Assembly (NCBI RefSeq): GCF_001457595.1
Contig: NZ_LN831039.1
Location: 5,880,001 to 5,912,000 of the forward strand
Length of the DNA: 32,000 nt
Direction of reading: 5' to 3'
Source of the DNA: Mycolicibacterium smegmatis
GTDB taxonomy: Bacteria; Actinomycetota; Actinomycetes; Mycobacteriales; Mycobacteriaceae
Shown piece by piece: positions 1 through 8,830 of this stretch. The notes under the pieces were generated by a model. It made no database searches and had not been told where the DNA came from. It saw only the letters and a list, made by a program, of their open reading frames with translations. The translations under genes were made by a program, and so were the position numbers. The stretch's first letter is position 1. The number at the start of each line of letters is the position of its first letter.

Positions 1-2
1 CG

Positions 3-104
3 GTGGCCGGCCCGCCGCCCGGGGTTGACCAGCAGAAGTGGCAGGAGGCCATGGACGCGTGCGCGACGCTGGCGCCCGGCCCCGCAGAGGCTCCGCAGGG
101 CTGA
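3..104 (+). CDS. C-terminal fragment of a small Pro-rich secreted/lipoprotein, paralogous to the next gene (truncated by the window edge)
   Basis: Frame 3 from the left edge reads VAGPPPGVDQQKWQEAMDACATLAPGPAEAPQG* (TGA 102-104). It closely resembles the C-terminus of the 183-560 product (PPPPPGVEQADWDDARAACESLAPASPPR). Confidence 0.75.
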   Translation: MAGPPPGVDQQKWQEAMDACATLAPGPAEAPQG

Positions 105-182
105 CGTCTCGGCGGGCGTCTCACAGCCGGCGCATAGCGGGCAAAAAGTTGCTGCTCAGCGCGCCTTCCTACCGTCACAGGC

Positions 183-560
183 GTGATACAGACAGTTCTG
201 CGTTCGACGCTCGCCGGCCTGGCCGCGGCCGCACTCGTCGGTTCCGTCGCGGCATGTTCGTCGTCGGAAGATCCGGCCGCGTCGGCGTCCACCGGTGCCG
301 TCACGTCCGCTGAAACCACCGCCTTCGATGCGTACGGGCAGTGCCTCATCGAACACGGCATGCCCGCACCACCTGCGGGATTCGGGCCCCCGCCGGGACA
401 TCCGGACGGGCCGCCACCTCCGCCGCCCGGCGGCACGCCTCCCGGCGGGCCTCCTGGTGATGGTCAGGCTCCGCCTCCGCCGCCAGGCGTGGAACAGGCC
501 GACTGGGACGACGCACGCGCGGCGTGCGAATCGCTCGCGCCCGCTTCGCCGCCCCGGTAG
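183..560 (+). CDS. Small Pro/Gly-rich putative lipoprotein
   Basis: 125-aa ORF starting GTG. N-terminal signal peptide with lipobox-like LVGSVAACSS, then a Pro-rich linker and conserved Cys residues. Confidence 0.8.
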   Translation: MIQTVLRSTLAGLAAAALVGSVAACSSSEDPAASASTGAVTSAETTAFDAYGQCLIEHGMPAPPAGFGPPPGHPDGPPPPPPGGTPPGGPPGDGQAPPPPPGVEQADWDDARAACESLAPASPPR

Positions 561-573
561 GGCCACGCGGTAA

Positions 574-594
574 CCGCCCCCAGATATGGGGCGG
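574..594. other. 7-bp stem hairpin CCGCCCC-cagatat-GGGGCGG
   Basis: Arms 574-580 and 588-594 are perfectly complementary, just downstream of the lipoprotein stop. Confidence 0.6.
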
Positions 595-643
595 CCCCCG
601 AGCCGTTGTTCCTGGTTGGACTGACCAAGGGGCTCGGGGGCCG
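592..643. terminator. Candidate (bidirectional) terminator or structured element with perfect 13-bp stem
   Basis: CGGCCCCCGAGCC (592-604) and GGCTCGGGGGCCG (631-643) are perfect reverse complements, with an inner TGGT/ACCA pair. Located between convergent genes. No U-tract. Confidence 0.55.
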
Positions 644-812
644 GGTGGCTGCGGGGAATTCGCCAGCGCGCGCGGGCTATTCTCCCGGCGCTGCTAGCGG
701 GCAGCCACCTCACATGTCCATAAGTCACTCAATTTGTCGGACCACCTCCTTCCCTGTGTAAAGGCGAAGGTACCCGCGTGAGCTGCGCCCTTCAAGCTAT
801 TTTCTCCAATGC

Positions 813-1700
813 TCAGCGATCACCGAGGATCGCGGTGTCGACCAGGCCCGCGATGTCGGGTGCCGAGGCCGAGGTGCGCAGCCGCGTGCCGTCGAGGGTG
901 TGCACGCGGGCGGCCAGCGTGATGCTCGAGATCAGCCAGATCCCTTGTGCGGTAAGGAGATCCGCAGGGCGTAGGGCGCGGTAGTCGCAGTCGATGCCCT
1001 TGTTGCGCGCCGTTTCGAACAGGGCCTGCTGGGTGGTGCCGCGCAAGATCGGGTACCACGGCGGCGGCGTGAGCAGCAGTGGCTGCCCGTCGTCGCCGCG
1101 CGTGGCGATCACCACGGTGGAGCGCGGCCCCTCGAGCAGGAACCCGTCGGAGCTCACGAAGATCACGTCTCCCGCGCCGTTGCGTGCGGCGTGACGCAGC
1201 GCGGCCATGTTCACCGCGTACGACAACGTCTTGGCGCCCGCGGCCAGCCAGGGCATCTCGCTGGCGCCGACCGGAAGGCCACGGTCGAGCGTGATCGCGG
1301 GGACGCCGTGCCGTCGTGCACCGGCCACCCGGTCGGCGAGCGCGCCGATCGTGGCGAACGCCGTCGGCGGCCCGCCACCTTCGCGGCCCCGGCTGTACAC
1401 GAGCCGCAGCACACCCTCCTCACCGTTCGCGGAGTGCTCGCTCGTCCACCGCTTCACACCGAGGGCCACCGCGGCCCGCCACGCGTCCAGGTCCGGCTCG
1501 GGCAGATCCAGCATCCTGGCGGATTGGGCGAGCCGCGCGAGGTGTGCCTCGAGCAGGCAGGGCCGCCCGTCGCGCACCAGCAGCGTCTCGAACACACCGT
1601 CGCCGCGGACCGCCGCCAGGTCGTCGGCGCACAGCAGCGGCGCGTCCGGATCGTGCAGTTGACCGTCGAGGGTGACCAGCACCGCTGGATGGCTTGCCAT
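813..1700 (-). CDS. Aminodeoxychorismate lyase-like protein (class IV PLP aminotransferase fold)
   Basis: 295-aa ORF with RGDGVFETLLVRDGRPCLLEAHLARL, K in KTLSYAVNMAALRHA, and DVIFVSSDGFLLEGPRSTVV motifs typical of PabC/IlvE-like class IV enzymes. Confidence 0.85.
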   Translation of the reverse strand: MASHPAVLVTLDGQLHDPDAPLLCADDLAAVRGDGVFETLLVRDGRPCLLEAHLARLAQSARMLDLPEPDLDAWRAAVALGVKRWTSEHSANGEEGVLRLVYSRGREGGGPPTAFATIGALADRVAGARRHGVPAITLDRGLPVGASEMPWLAAGAKTLSYAVNMAALRHAARNGAGDVIFVSSDGFLLEGPRSTVVIATRGDDGQPLLLTPPPWYPILRGTTQQALFETARNKGIDCDYRALRPADLLTAQGIWLISSITLAARVHTLDGTRLRTSASAPDIAGLVDTAILGDR

Positions 1701-1782
1701 GGGGCCAAAGCGTAGCCCCGGTCCTCAGTGAGTGGTGCCGCCGCGAGCGGTGGGGACGACGCGGGTTCCCTAGAGTTGATGT

Positions 1783-2862
1783 ATGTCAGCAGTTCCTACG
1801 CCCGAGGGCAGTCCCGATGCCGGTGCCGTGTGGCACTACGGCGACCCACTCGGCGAGCAGCGCAGCGCGGCCACCGACGCGGTCGTGATCGACCGGTCCC
1901 ACCGGGCGGTGCTCGCGTTGACCGGCAAGGACCGCCAGGGATGGCTGCACAACATCTCGAGTCAGCACGTCAGCGCACAGCCCGACGGCACCGTCACCGA
2001 GAACCTGAGCCTGGACATGCAGGGCCGGGTCGAGGACCACTGGCTGCAGACCGAGCTGGACGGGACGACGTACCTGGACACCGAGTCGTGGCGGGGCGAA
2101 CCGCTCGCGGCGTATCTGCGCAAGATGGTGTTCTGGTCCGACGTGCAGATCGAACCCGCCGATCTCGGGGTCCTGTCGCTTCTCGGTCCGGCTCTCGCCG
2201 GTGACGCCGTGCTGTCGGCCCTTGGTCTGAGCGCGCTGCCGGAGGAGGCCACGGCACAACCGCTGCCCGGCGGGGGTTTCGTCCGCCGCGTGCCTTCCGA
2301 GGGCCTGGAACTCGACGTGCTGGTCGCCCGGGAGACGCTCGACGACTGGAAGCAGCGCCTCGTCTCCGCGGGTGTACGCCCCGCCGGGATGTGGGCGTAC
2401 GAGGCGCACCGGGTGGCCGCCCAGCGGCCACGCCTGGGCGTGGACACCGACGAGCGGACGATCCCGCACGAGGTCGGCTGGATCGGCGGCCCCGGCGTCG
2501 GCGCCGTCCACTTGGACAAGGGCTGCTACCGGGGCCAGGAGACCGTCGCACGCGTGCACAACCTGGGCCGTCCGCCGCGGATGCTGGTGCTGCTGCACCT
2601 CGACGGCTCCTCGGACCGTCCGGCCACGGGCGATCCGGTGCTCGCGGGCGGCCGCACCGTCGGGCGGCTCGGCACGGTCGTCGACCACGTCGACGACGGC
2701 CCCATCGCGCTCGCACTCGTCAAACGGGGCCTGCCCGCCGAGACCGAACTGGTGACCGGTGGCAGCGTCGAGGTGCCCGCGAGCATCGACCCGGACTCAC
2801 TGCCTCCGCCGGACAGCGTGGGTGCCGGCCGGCTCGCCATCGAGCGCCTGCGTCACGGTTAG
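1783..2862 (+). CDS. YgfZ/GcvT-domain folate-binding-like protein
   Basis: 359-aa ORF. LTGKDRQGWLHNISSQHV near the N-terminus and the YgfZ signature KGCYRGQETVARVHNLGRPPR. Confidence 0.88.
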   Translation: MSAVPTPEGSPDAGAVWHYGDPLGEQRSAATDAVVIDRSHRAVLALTGKDRQGWLHNISSQHVSAQPDGTVTENLSLDMQGRVEDHWLQTELDGTTYLDTESWRGEPLAAYLRKMVFWSDVQIEPADLGVLSLLGPALAGDAVLSALGLSALPEEATAQPLPGGGFVRRVPSEGLELDVLVARETLDDWKQRLVSAGVRPAGMWAYEAHRVAAQRPRLGVDTDERTIPHEVGWIGGPGVGAVHLDKGCYRGQETVARVHNLGRPPRMLVLLHLDGSSDRPATGDPVLAGGRTVGRLGTVVDHVDDGPIALALVKRGLPAETELVTGGSVEVPASIDPDSLPPPDSVGAGRLAIERLRHG

Positions 2863-2871
2863 CGTCACCGA

Positions 2872-2891
2872 CGGGCCCGGGAACGGGCCCG
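2872..2891 (+). terminator. Candidate terminator hairpin CGGGCCCG-ggaa-CGGGCCCG
   Basis: Perfect 8-bp GC stem with GGAA (GNRA-type) tetraloop, 9 bp after the YgfZ-like stop codon. No U-tract. Confidence 0.55.
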
Positions 2892-3126
2892 CCCACGCGA
2901 AGTCGAAGGTGAATCCTGTCACGTCGAAATCGGCCTGCAACCTGCCTCGATGCTGGTGACGCTGAGGTAAACGAGGCGTGCGGTGTCCCGGAGGCGGGAT
3001 TCTGGGGCAGGGCCTGCCAGCGCCAGACTCGCGGGCACGGTAAAGTGTCGGCAGGACAAAAATGACACTCAGATCGGAGCCGCCTAATAATTGGGCCGCT
3101 CCGTTATTGCGCGAGGGGGTCCCCCC

Positions 3127-3300
3127 ATGGGCCGCGGCCGGGCGAAGGCAAAGCAGACCAAGGTTGCACGTGAGCTCAAGTACAGCTCACCTCAAACCGA
3201 TTTTGAACGGCTCCAGCGCGAGCTGTCGGGCGGTTCCGCCTCCGACGGTGTCAACGACGCCGACGACGACTGGGCGACTGAGGACGACTGGCGGCGCTGA
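3127..3300 (+). CDS. DUF3073 family small protein
   Basis: MGRGRAKAKQTKVARELKYSSPQTDFERLQRELSG... conserved actinobacterial DUF3073 pattern. Internal ATG at 3127 preferred over the 3091 start. Confidence 0.88.
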   Translation: MGRGRAKAKQTKVARELKYSSPQTDFERLQRELSGGSASDGVNDADDDWATEDDWRR

Positions 3301-3330
3301 GCCCGCCGCCGTCCTCACCACCCCCGCTTC

Positions 3331-4413
3331 CTAGAACCGTGGGTGCTGGCCGACCAACTGGGCGCGCACACTGTCCTTGCCGCCCTTCTTGACCGTGCCC
3401 AGCGTCCAGCAATTCAGATGCCGAGCGGTCAGTATGGCCAGCGCACGATCGGTGTCCTCGGGAGCGACGACGGCGACCATGCCGACACCCATGTTGAACG
3501 TCTTCTCCATCTCGGCGCGTTCGATCCGTCCGCGCTGAGCGATCATGCCGAACACCGGCGCCGGGGTCCACGTGCCGCGGTCCAGTTCGGCGGTGAGGCC
3601 GTGCGGGATGACGCGTTCGAGGTTGCCCGCCAGGCCACCACCGGTGACGTGGCAGAAGGTTCGCACCTGGGTCTCGGCGGCGAGCGCCAGGCAGTCCTTG
3701 GCGTAGATCAGGGTGGGTTCGAGCAGCTCCTCACCGAGCGTGCGGCCGAACTCCTCGACGTGGCCGGCGAGGTTCATCCGGTCGATCTCCAGCAGGACCT
3801 TGCGGGCCAACGAGTAGCCGTTGGAGTGCAGACCGCTCGAAGCCATGGCGATGATGACGTCGCCCGGCCTGACCCGGTCGGGGCCCAGCACGTCGTCGGC
3901 CTCCACGATGCCCACACCGGTCGCGGAGATGTCGTAGTGGTCCGGTTCCATCAGCCCCGGGTGCTCGGCGGTCTCGCCGCCCAGCAGCGCGCATCCGGCC
4001 CGCACACAGCCCTCGGCGATGCCTGCCACGATGGCACTCACGCGCTCGGGCACGGTGCGCCCGACGGCGATGTAGTCCTGCAGGAACAACGGTTCGGCGC
4101 CGCACACCACGAGGTCGTCGACCACCATCGCGACCAGGTCGAGGCCGACGGTGTCGTGCTTGTCCATCGCCTGCGCTATCGCCAGTTTGGTGCCGACACC
4201 GTCTGTGGACGAGGCCAGCACCGGCTCTCGATAATCACGCTTGAGGGCGAACAGGCCCGCGAAACCGCCGAGGCCGCCACGGACCTCAGGGCGGGTGGCC
4301 TTGGCGGCCAGAGGCTTGAACAACTCCACGGCGCGATCGCCAGCTTCGATGTCGACCCCGGCCGACGCGTAGGAGATTGCATCACTGGAAACGGAGTCTT
4401 CGCGATCGGTCAT
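3331..4413 (-). CDS. purM: Phosphoribosylformylglycinamidine cyclo-ligase
   Basis: SYASAGVDIEAGDRAVELFK, SSTDGVGTKLAIAQAMDKHDTVGLDLVAMVVDDLVVCGAEPLFLQDY and GGGLAGNLERV motifs. The real start is ATG at 4413, not the upstream start of the long ORF. Confidence 0.97.
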   Translation of the reverse strand: MTDREDSVSSDAISYASAGVDIEAGDRAVELFKPLAAKATRPEVRGGLGGFAGLFALKRDYREPVLASSTDGVGTKLAIAQAMDKHDTVGLDLVAMVVDDLVVCGAEPLFLQDYIAVGRTVPERVSAIVAGIAEGCVRAGCALLGGETAEHPGLMEPDHYDISATGVGIVEADDVLGPDRVRPGDVIIAMASSGLHSNGYSLARKVLLEIDRMNLAGHVEEFGRTLGEELLEPTLIYAKDCLALAAETQVRTFCHVTGGGLAGNLERVIPHGLTAELDRGTWTPAPVFGMIAQRGRIERAEMEKTFNMGVGMVAVVAPEDTDRALAILTARHLNCWTLGTVKKGGKDSVRAQLVGQHPRF

Positions 4414-4458
4414 CGCGCCTAAATCTACCGGTCGTCCCCGCGCAACGGCAGCCGGACC

Positions 4459-5856
4459 GTGACCTCGCGGCGGTGGGGGCGGTTTCGATCCGAGTGTTTC
4501 GGGCAAATCCGTGGCGGACCCACTGCCTCCGCACCGACCCGGAAGGAGACCGTTCTGGCGCGCTGTCTGGTTACCGGAGCCACCGGCTACGTCGGGGGCC
4601 GTTTGACGCCGCTGCTCGTCGCCGCGGGTCACGACGTGCGGGTGCTGGCCCGCACCCCAGAGAAACTTTCCGGCGTACCGTGGCGCGACGACGTCGAGGT
4701 GGCCCGTGGCGACCTCTCCGACCTGGACTCGCTGCGCAGCGCCTTCACCGGCATCGACGTCCTCTACTACCTGGTGCATTCGATGGGCACGGCCACCGAC
4801 TTCGCCGACTCCGAACGCGAGGCGGCCGCCAATGTCGCCGAGGTCGCCAAAGACGCGGGTGTGCGGCGCATCGTCTATCTCGGTGGTCTGCACCCCGACG
4901 ACGCGCAGCTGTCCCCGCACCTGGCCTCGCGGACGCTGGTGGGCGAGACGCTCATGGCCTCGGGCGTGGAGACGGTCGTGCTGCAGGCCGGCGTCGTGGT
5001 GGGTTCGGGGTCGGCGTCGTTCGAGATGATCCGGCACCTGACCGATCGCCTGCCCGTCATGACGACGCCGAAGTGGGTGCACAACCGGATCCAGCCGATC
5101 GCGGTGCGCGACATCCTGCACTATCTCGTGCAGTCCGCGAGCGTGCCGTTCCCGACGACGCGTGCCTGGGACGTCGGCGGGCCCGACGTGCTCAAGTACG
5201 GGGACATGATGCAGGTCTACGCCGAGGAGGCCGGCCTGCGCCGACGCCGGATGGTGGTACTGCCGTGGCTGACGCCCACGATCGCGAGCTGGTGGGTCGG
5301 GTTGGTCACGCCGATCCCCTCCGGCCTGGCGCGTCCGCTCGTGGAGTCACTGCATTGCGACGCGATCTGCGGTGAGCACGACATCGATGCGGTGATCCCG
5401 CCACCCGAGGGCGGGTTGACGTCCTACCGCGACGCCGTCGCGCTGGCGCTGGCATGCCAGTCACGCCCGGACACCGGGGCGGCGTGGTTCAACGAGCCCG
5501 CCGACTCGTTGCCCTCGGACCCGGACTGGTCGGGCGCCCCGGCCGAGGTCGCCGAGTTCAGGACGCCTTCGCGCGGTGCCGATCCGACGGCGACGCTGCG
5601 GAACGTGGCCGAGGCAGCGTGGGAGCGTCAGGGTTGGCGTGTGCTGCCCGACGATCCCTCCGGACCGTTGACGCTGACCAAAGATGCTCGCCTGGGTCGC
5701 GCGTGGCTGCAGTTCACGGCCGAGGGTGACGGGGCTGTGGTCCACCGCAGCGTGCTGCGCCCACGTGGACTGCTCGGACAGGTCTATGCCGCGACCGTGT
5801 GGCCACTGCGGCGCCGCATGCTGCACCGCCGGGCCGACGCACTGTTCTCGGGGTGA
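4459..5856 (+). CDS. NAD(P)-binding SDR/epimerase family protein, probable DUF2867-like C-terminal domain
   Basis: Rossmann motif VTGATGYVGGRLTPLLVAAGHDVRVLAR, then YYLVHSMG. The C-terminal region resembles DUF2867. The true start may be CTG at 4555 (see findings). Confidence 0.82.
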   Translation: MTSRRWGRFRSECFGQIRGGPTASAPTRKETVLARCLVTGATGYVGGRLTPLLVAAGHDVRVLARTPEKLSGVPWRDDVEVARGDLSDLDSLRSAFTGIDVLYYLVHSMGTATDFADSEREAAANVAEVAKDAGVRRIVYLGGLHPDDAQLSPHLASRTLVGETLMASGVETVVLQAGVVVGSGSASFEMIRHLTDRLPVMTTPKWVHNRIQPIAVRDILHYLVQSASVPFPTTRAWDVGGPDVLKYGDMMQVYAEEAGLRRRRMVVLPWLTPTIASWWVGLVTPIPSGLARPLVESLHCDAICGEHDIDAVIPPPEGGLTSYRDAVALALACQSRPDTGAAWFNEPADSLPSDPDWSGAPAEVAEFRTPSRGADPTATLRNVAEAAWERQGWRVLPDDPSGPLTLTKDARLGRAWLQFTAEGDGAVVHRSVLRPRGLLGQVYAATVWPLRRRMLHRRADALFSG

Positions 5857-5863
5857 GCCCGTA

Positions 5864-7399
5864 TCAGGGCCTGCGCAACGCCGAGGCGTTGTCGTTCTGC
5901 GCCACGGGGATGCCGCTGCGGGCCGCCGAGGCGAGCATGTGCTCGATGACGTTCTTGCCCAGGGCGGTCTCGCCGGGCAGCTCGATCGGGTACTTGCCGT
6001 CGAAGCACGCCGAGCACAACCGCGACGCGGGCTGCTCGGTGGCCGCGATCATGCCCTGCTGGGAGATGTAGCCGAGGCTGTCGGCGCCGATCGCGTGGCG
6101 GACCGCTTCGAGCATCTCGCCTTCGTGTTCCTGCGAGGCCGCGTTGGCGATGAGCTCCGCCGGGGTCGCGAAGTCGATGCCGTAGAAGCACGGCCACTTG
6201 ACCGGCGGGGATGCGATCCGCACGTGCACCTCGAGCGCCCCGGCCTCGCGCAACATCCGCACGAGCGCACGCTGGGTGTTGCCGCGCACGATCGAATCGT
6301 CGACGACGATCAGCCGCTTGCCACGGATCACCTCGCGCAGCGGGTTGAGCTTGAGGCGGATGCCCAGCTGGCGGATGGTCTGGGACGGCTGGATGAAGGT
6401 GCGGCCCACATACGCGTTCTTCATCAGGCCCTGGCCGAAGGGGATGCCCGATTCCTGCGCGTAGCCGACCGCGGCGGGCGTACCGGATTCCGGCACGCCG
6501 ATCACCAGGTCGGCCTCGATGGGATGTTCACGCGCCAGGCGGCGGCCGATGTCGACGCGGGTCGCGTGCACCGAGCGGCCGACCAGCGTGCTGTCGGGGC
6601 GGGCCAGATACACGTACTCGAACACGCAGCCCTTGGGCTCGGGGTTGGCGAAGCGCGTCGAACGCACTCCGTCGGCGTCGATCGCGAGCAGTTCGCCGGG
6701 TTCGATGTCGCGGACGAACGAGGCGCCGACGATGTCGAGCGCCGCGGTCTCCGACGCGACCACCCAGCCGCGGTCAAGGCGGCCCAGCGACAGCGGGCGT
6801 ACGCCGTGCGGGTCGCGCGCGGCGTAGAGGGTGTTCTCGTCCATGAACGTCAGGCAGAACGCGCCGCGGACGGTGGGAAGCAGTTCGAGGGCGGCCTGTT
6901 CGAGCGTCGCGTCGGCCGCGCCGTGCGCGAGCAGCGCACCGAGGATGTCGGAGTCGGTGGTGGCAGCGGGGCCGCCCTTGAGCTCCATCAGACCGTTGTC
7001 GCGGGCACGGGCAGCCAGCTCGGCCGTGTTGACCAGGTTGCCGTTGTGACCGAGCGCGACGCCGGTGCCCGCCGCGGTGTTGCGGAACACGGGCTGCGCG
7101 TTCTCCCAGGTCGTGGACCCGGTGGTGGAGTACCGGCAGTGGCCGACGGCGACGTGACCCGGCATCGCGGCCAGGGTCTGCTCGTCGAACACCTGACTGA
7201 CCAGGCCCAGATCCTTGAAGACCAGCACCTGGGAGCCATCGGCGACCGCGATACCCGCGGCTTCCTGCCCGCGGTGCTGCAGGGCGTAGAGGCCGTAGTA
7301 GGTCAGCTTGGCAACTTCTTCGCCCGGGGCCCAGACGCCGAAGACGCCACATTCCTCACGGGGTTCATTTTCGGACTCGTTGTCGTCGTGGCCGATCAC
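5864..7399 (-). CDS. purF: Amidophosphoribosyltransferase
   Basis: 511 aa. EECGVFGVWAPGEEVAKLTYYGLYALQHRGQEAAGI (Ntn glutaminase) and the PRPP-binding VVDDSIVRGNTQRALVRMLREAGA motif. Confidence 0.97.
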   Translation of the reverse strand: MIGHDDNESENEPREECGVFGVWAPGEEVAKLTYYGLYALQHRGQEAAGIAVADGSQVLVFKDLGLVSQVFDEQTLAAMPGHVAVGHCRYSTTGSTTWENAQPVFRNTAAGTGVALGHNGNLVNTAELAARARDNGLMELKGGPAATTDSDILGALLAHGAADATLEQAALELLPTVRGAFCLTFMDENTLYAARDPHGVRPLSLGRLDRGWVVASETAALDIVGASFVRDIEPGELLAIDADGVRSTRFANPEPKGCVFEYVYLARPDSTLVGRSVHATRVDIGRRLAREHPIEADLVIGVPESGTPAAVGYAQESGIPFGQGLMKNAYVGRTFIQPSQTIRQLGIRLKLNPLREVIRGKRLIVVDDSIVRGNTQRALVRMLREAGALEVHVRIASPPVKWPCFYGIDFATPAELIANAASQEHEGEMLEAVRHAIGADSLGYISQQGMIAATEQPASRLCSACFDGKYPIELPGETALGKNVIEHMLASAARSGIPVAQNDNASALRRP

Positions 7400-7480
7400 G
7401 ATATGGCTGCTCCCGGATGGGCTGTGGGTGACTGGTTCAGTCTACGGGCCATATCCCGGGTTACGTGAATCCGCGACGTG

Positions 7481-8830
7481 TCATGGAACACGTCTGCGTC
7501 GCCGTTGGCTGTGTTCTGCGACACGCCACAGCACCGACGGCCGGAACAGCCGGGTGGGCGGGTCCAGCATGCTCATCACACGCAGGAACTGTTCGGCGAC
7601 GCCGTCGTCGACAGCGGCCGTGGCGAGGACTTGACCGGTGAGCCAGTTGGACAGCCTGACACCGGCCGTGCGGCGGCCGGGCACCTGGGGCAGGGCGAGG
7701 TCGCTGTTGACGGCCATGCGCCACGCCTGGTCGACGTACTCGGCGGCGGCCCGGAAGAAGCGTCGCGCGAGGTCGCGGTCGCCCTCGCGCAGCAGGTCGC
7801 GCAGAGCATGGGCCTCGTACGCCGCGACGGACATGCCCTGCCCGTAGATCGGGTTGAAGCTGCAGATCGCGTCGCCGAGCACGAGCAGTCCGGCCGGGAA
7901 CCGGCGCATCGCCTCGTATCTGCGACGACGGCTGTTGGGCAACCGGTGGCGGTGCGGTTCGGTGAGTGGTGTGCCGTCGCGCAGTGCGGCGTCCAACTGC
8001 GGCACCCCGAGCTCGGCGACGAAACGCTGCCGCCCCGCCAGATCGGCGGGTGGCTCCGTCCCGGCGATCCCTGCCACCGTCAGCATCCAGGTGTCGTTCT
8101 CGTAGGCGAACAGGGACGCACCGGTGGGACGCTCGGGTGTCGCACCGACCAGGATCATCGCTTCGTCGACGAGCCCTGCGGGCAGCCTGAGCATCTGGCT
8201 CACGTAATTGACGTTCACCGTGAGGCTGTCCTCGGCCGGTCTGCCGTAACCCAGTGACTCCAGCAGCGCAGGTGTGCGTCCGCCGCGTCCCAGGGCGTCG
8301 AGAACCAGATCGGCCTCGATCACATGTTCTTCACCGCCGTGGCGGTTGGTCACCCGTACCCCGGTGATGCGCTCGGGTGTCGCGGCGAGGATGTCCACGG
8401 CGTCGTGCGCGTCGAGGACCTTGACGTTCGGGATGCCGAAAACCCTTCTTCTGATCGTCATTTCGAGGAACGGCCGGCTCACCGAATAGATGGTCACCGG
8501 ACGGTTCATGACGCCAGAGGTCTTCAGCCAGTGCCCCTGCAGACACAGCTTGACCCGCGACAGCCCGCCGTTCTCCAGCACGATCGCCCCGGATGCGGAC
8601 AGTTCGGCGAGCAGGCCCGGGAACAGCCGGTCCAACACCTCCGCGCCACCGCTCTGCAACGCGTGGCCGTGCCGCGCCTGCGGCGCACCGCGTCTCGGCA
8701 TCGCGTCGACCGTGAGGGTGTCGCGCTCGACGACGACCACCTCGTCGTAGTACTCCGACAACACCCGCGCGCCGAGCAGCCCGCTGATACTGGCTCCGAG
8801 AACGACTGCGCGCGCGCCGATTCGGCTCAT
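7481..8830 (-). CDS. FAD-dependent monooxygenase-like oxidoreductase
   Basis: ATG at 8830 preceded by GGAGAGG. Protein MSRIGARAVVLGASISGLLGARVLSEYYDEVVVVERD has a divergent dinucleotide-binding motif; LDALGRGGRTPALLESLGYG and LVLGDAICSFNPIYGQGMS match the FAD-binding DG/GD motifs. The N-terminal extension of the 749-aa ORF is rejected. Confidence 0.87.
   Translation of the reverse strand: MSRIGARAVVLGASISGLLGARVLSEYYDEVVVVERDTLTVDAMPRRGAPQARHGHALQSGGAEVLDRLFPGLLAELSASGAIVLENGGLSRVKLCLQGHWLKTSGVMNRPVTIYSVSRPFLEMTIRRRVFGIPNVKVLDAHDAVDILAATPERITGVRVTNRHGGEEHVIEADLVLDALGRGGRTPALLESLGYGRPAEDSLTVNVNYVSQMLRLPAGLVDEAMILVGATPERPTGASLFAYENDTWMLTVAGIAGTEPPADLAGRQRFVAELGVPQLDAALRDGTPLTEPHRHRLPNSRRRRYEAMRRFPAGLLVLGDAICSFNPIYGQGMSVAAYEAHALRDLLREGDRDLARRFFRAAAEYVDQAWRMAVNSDLALPQVPGRRTAGVRLSNWLTGQVLATAAVDDGVAEQFLRVMSMLDPPTRLFRPSVLWRVAEHSQRRRRRVP

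Noticed and set aside
3343-4422. 359-aa + strand ORF antisense to purM
   Set aside because: Spurious mirror ORF over a strongly recognisable purM; composition is artefactual.
5684-7468. 594-aa + strand ORF covering purF
   Set aside because: Antisense to purF, no family signature, composition typical of reversed coding strand.
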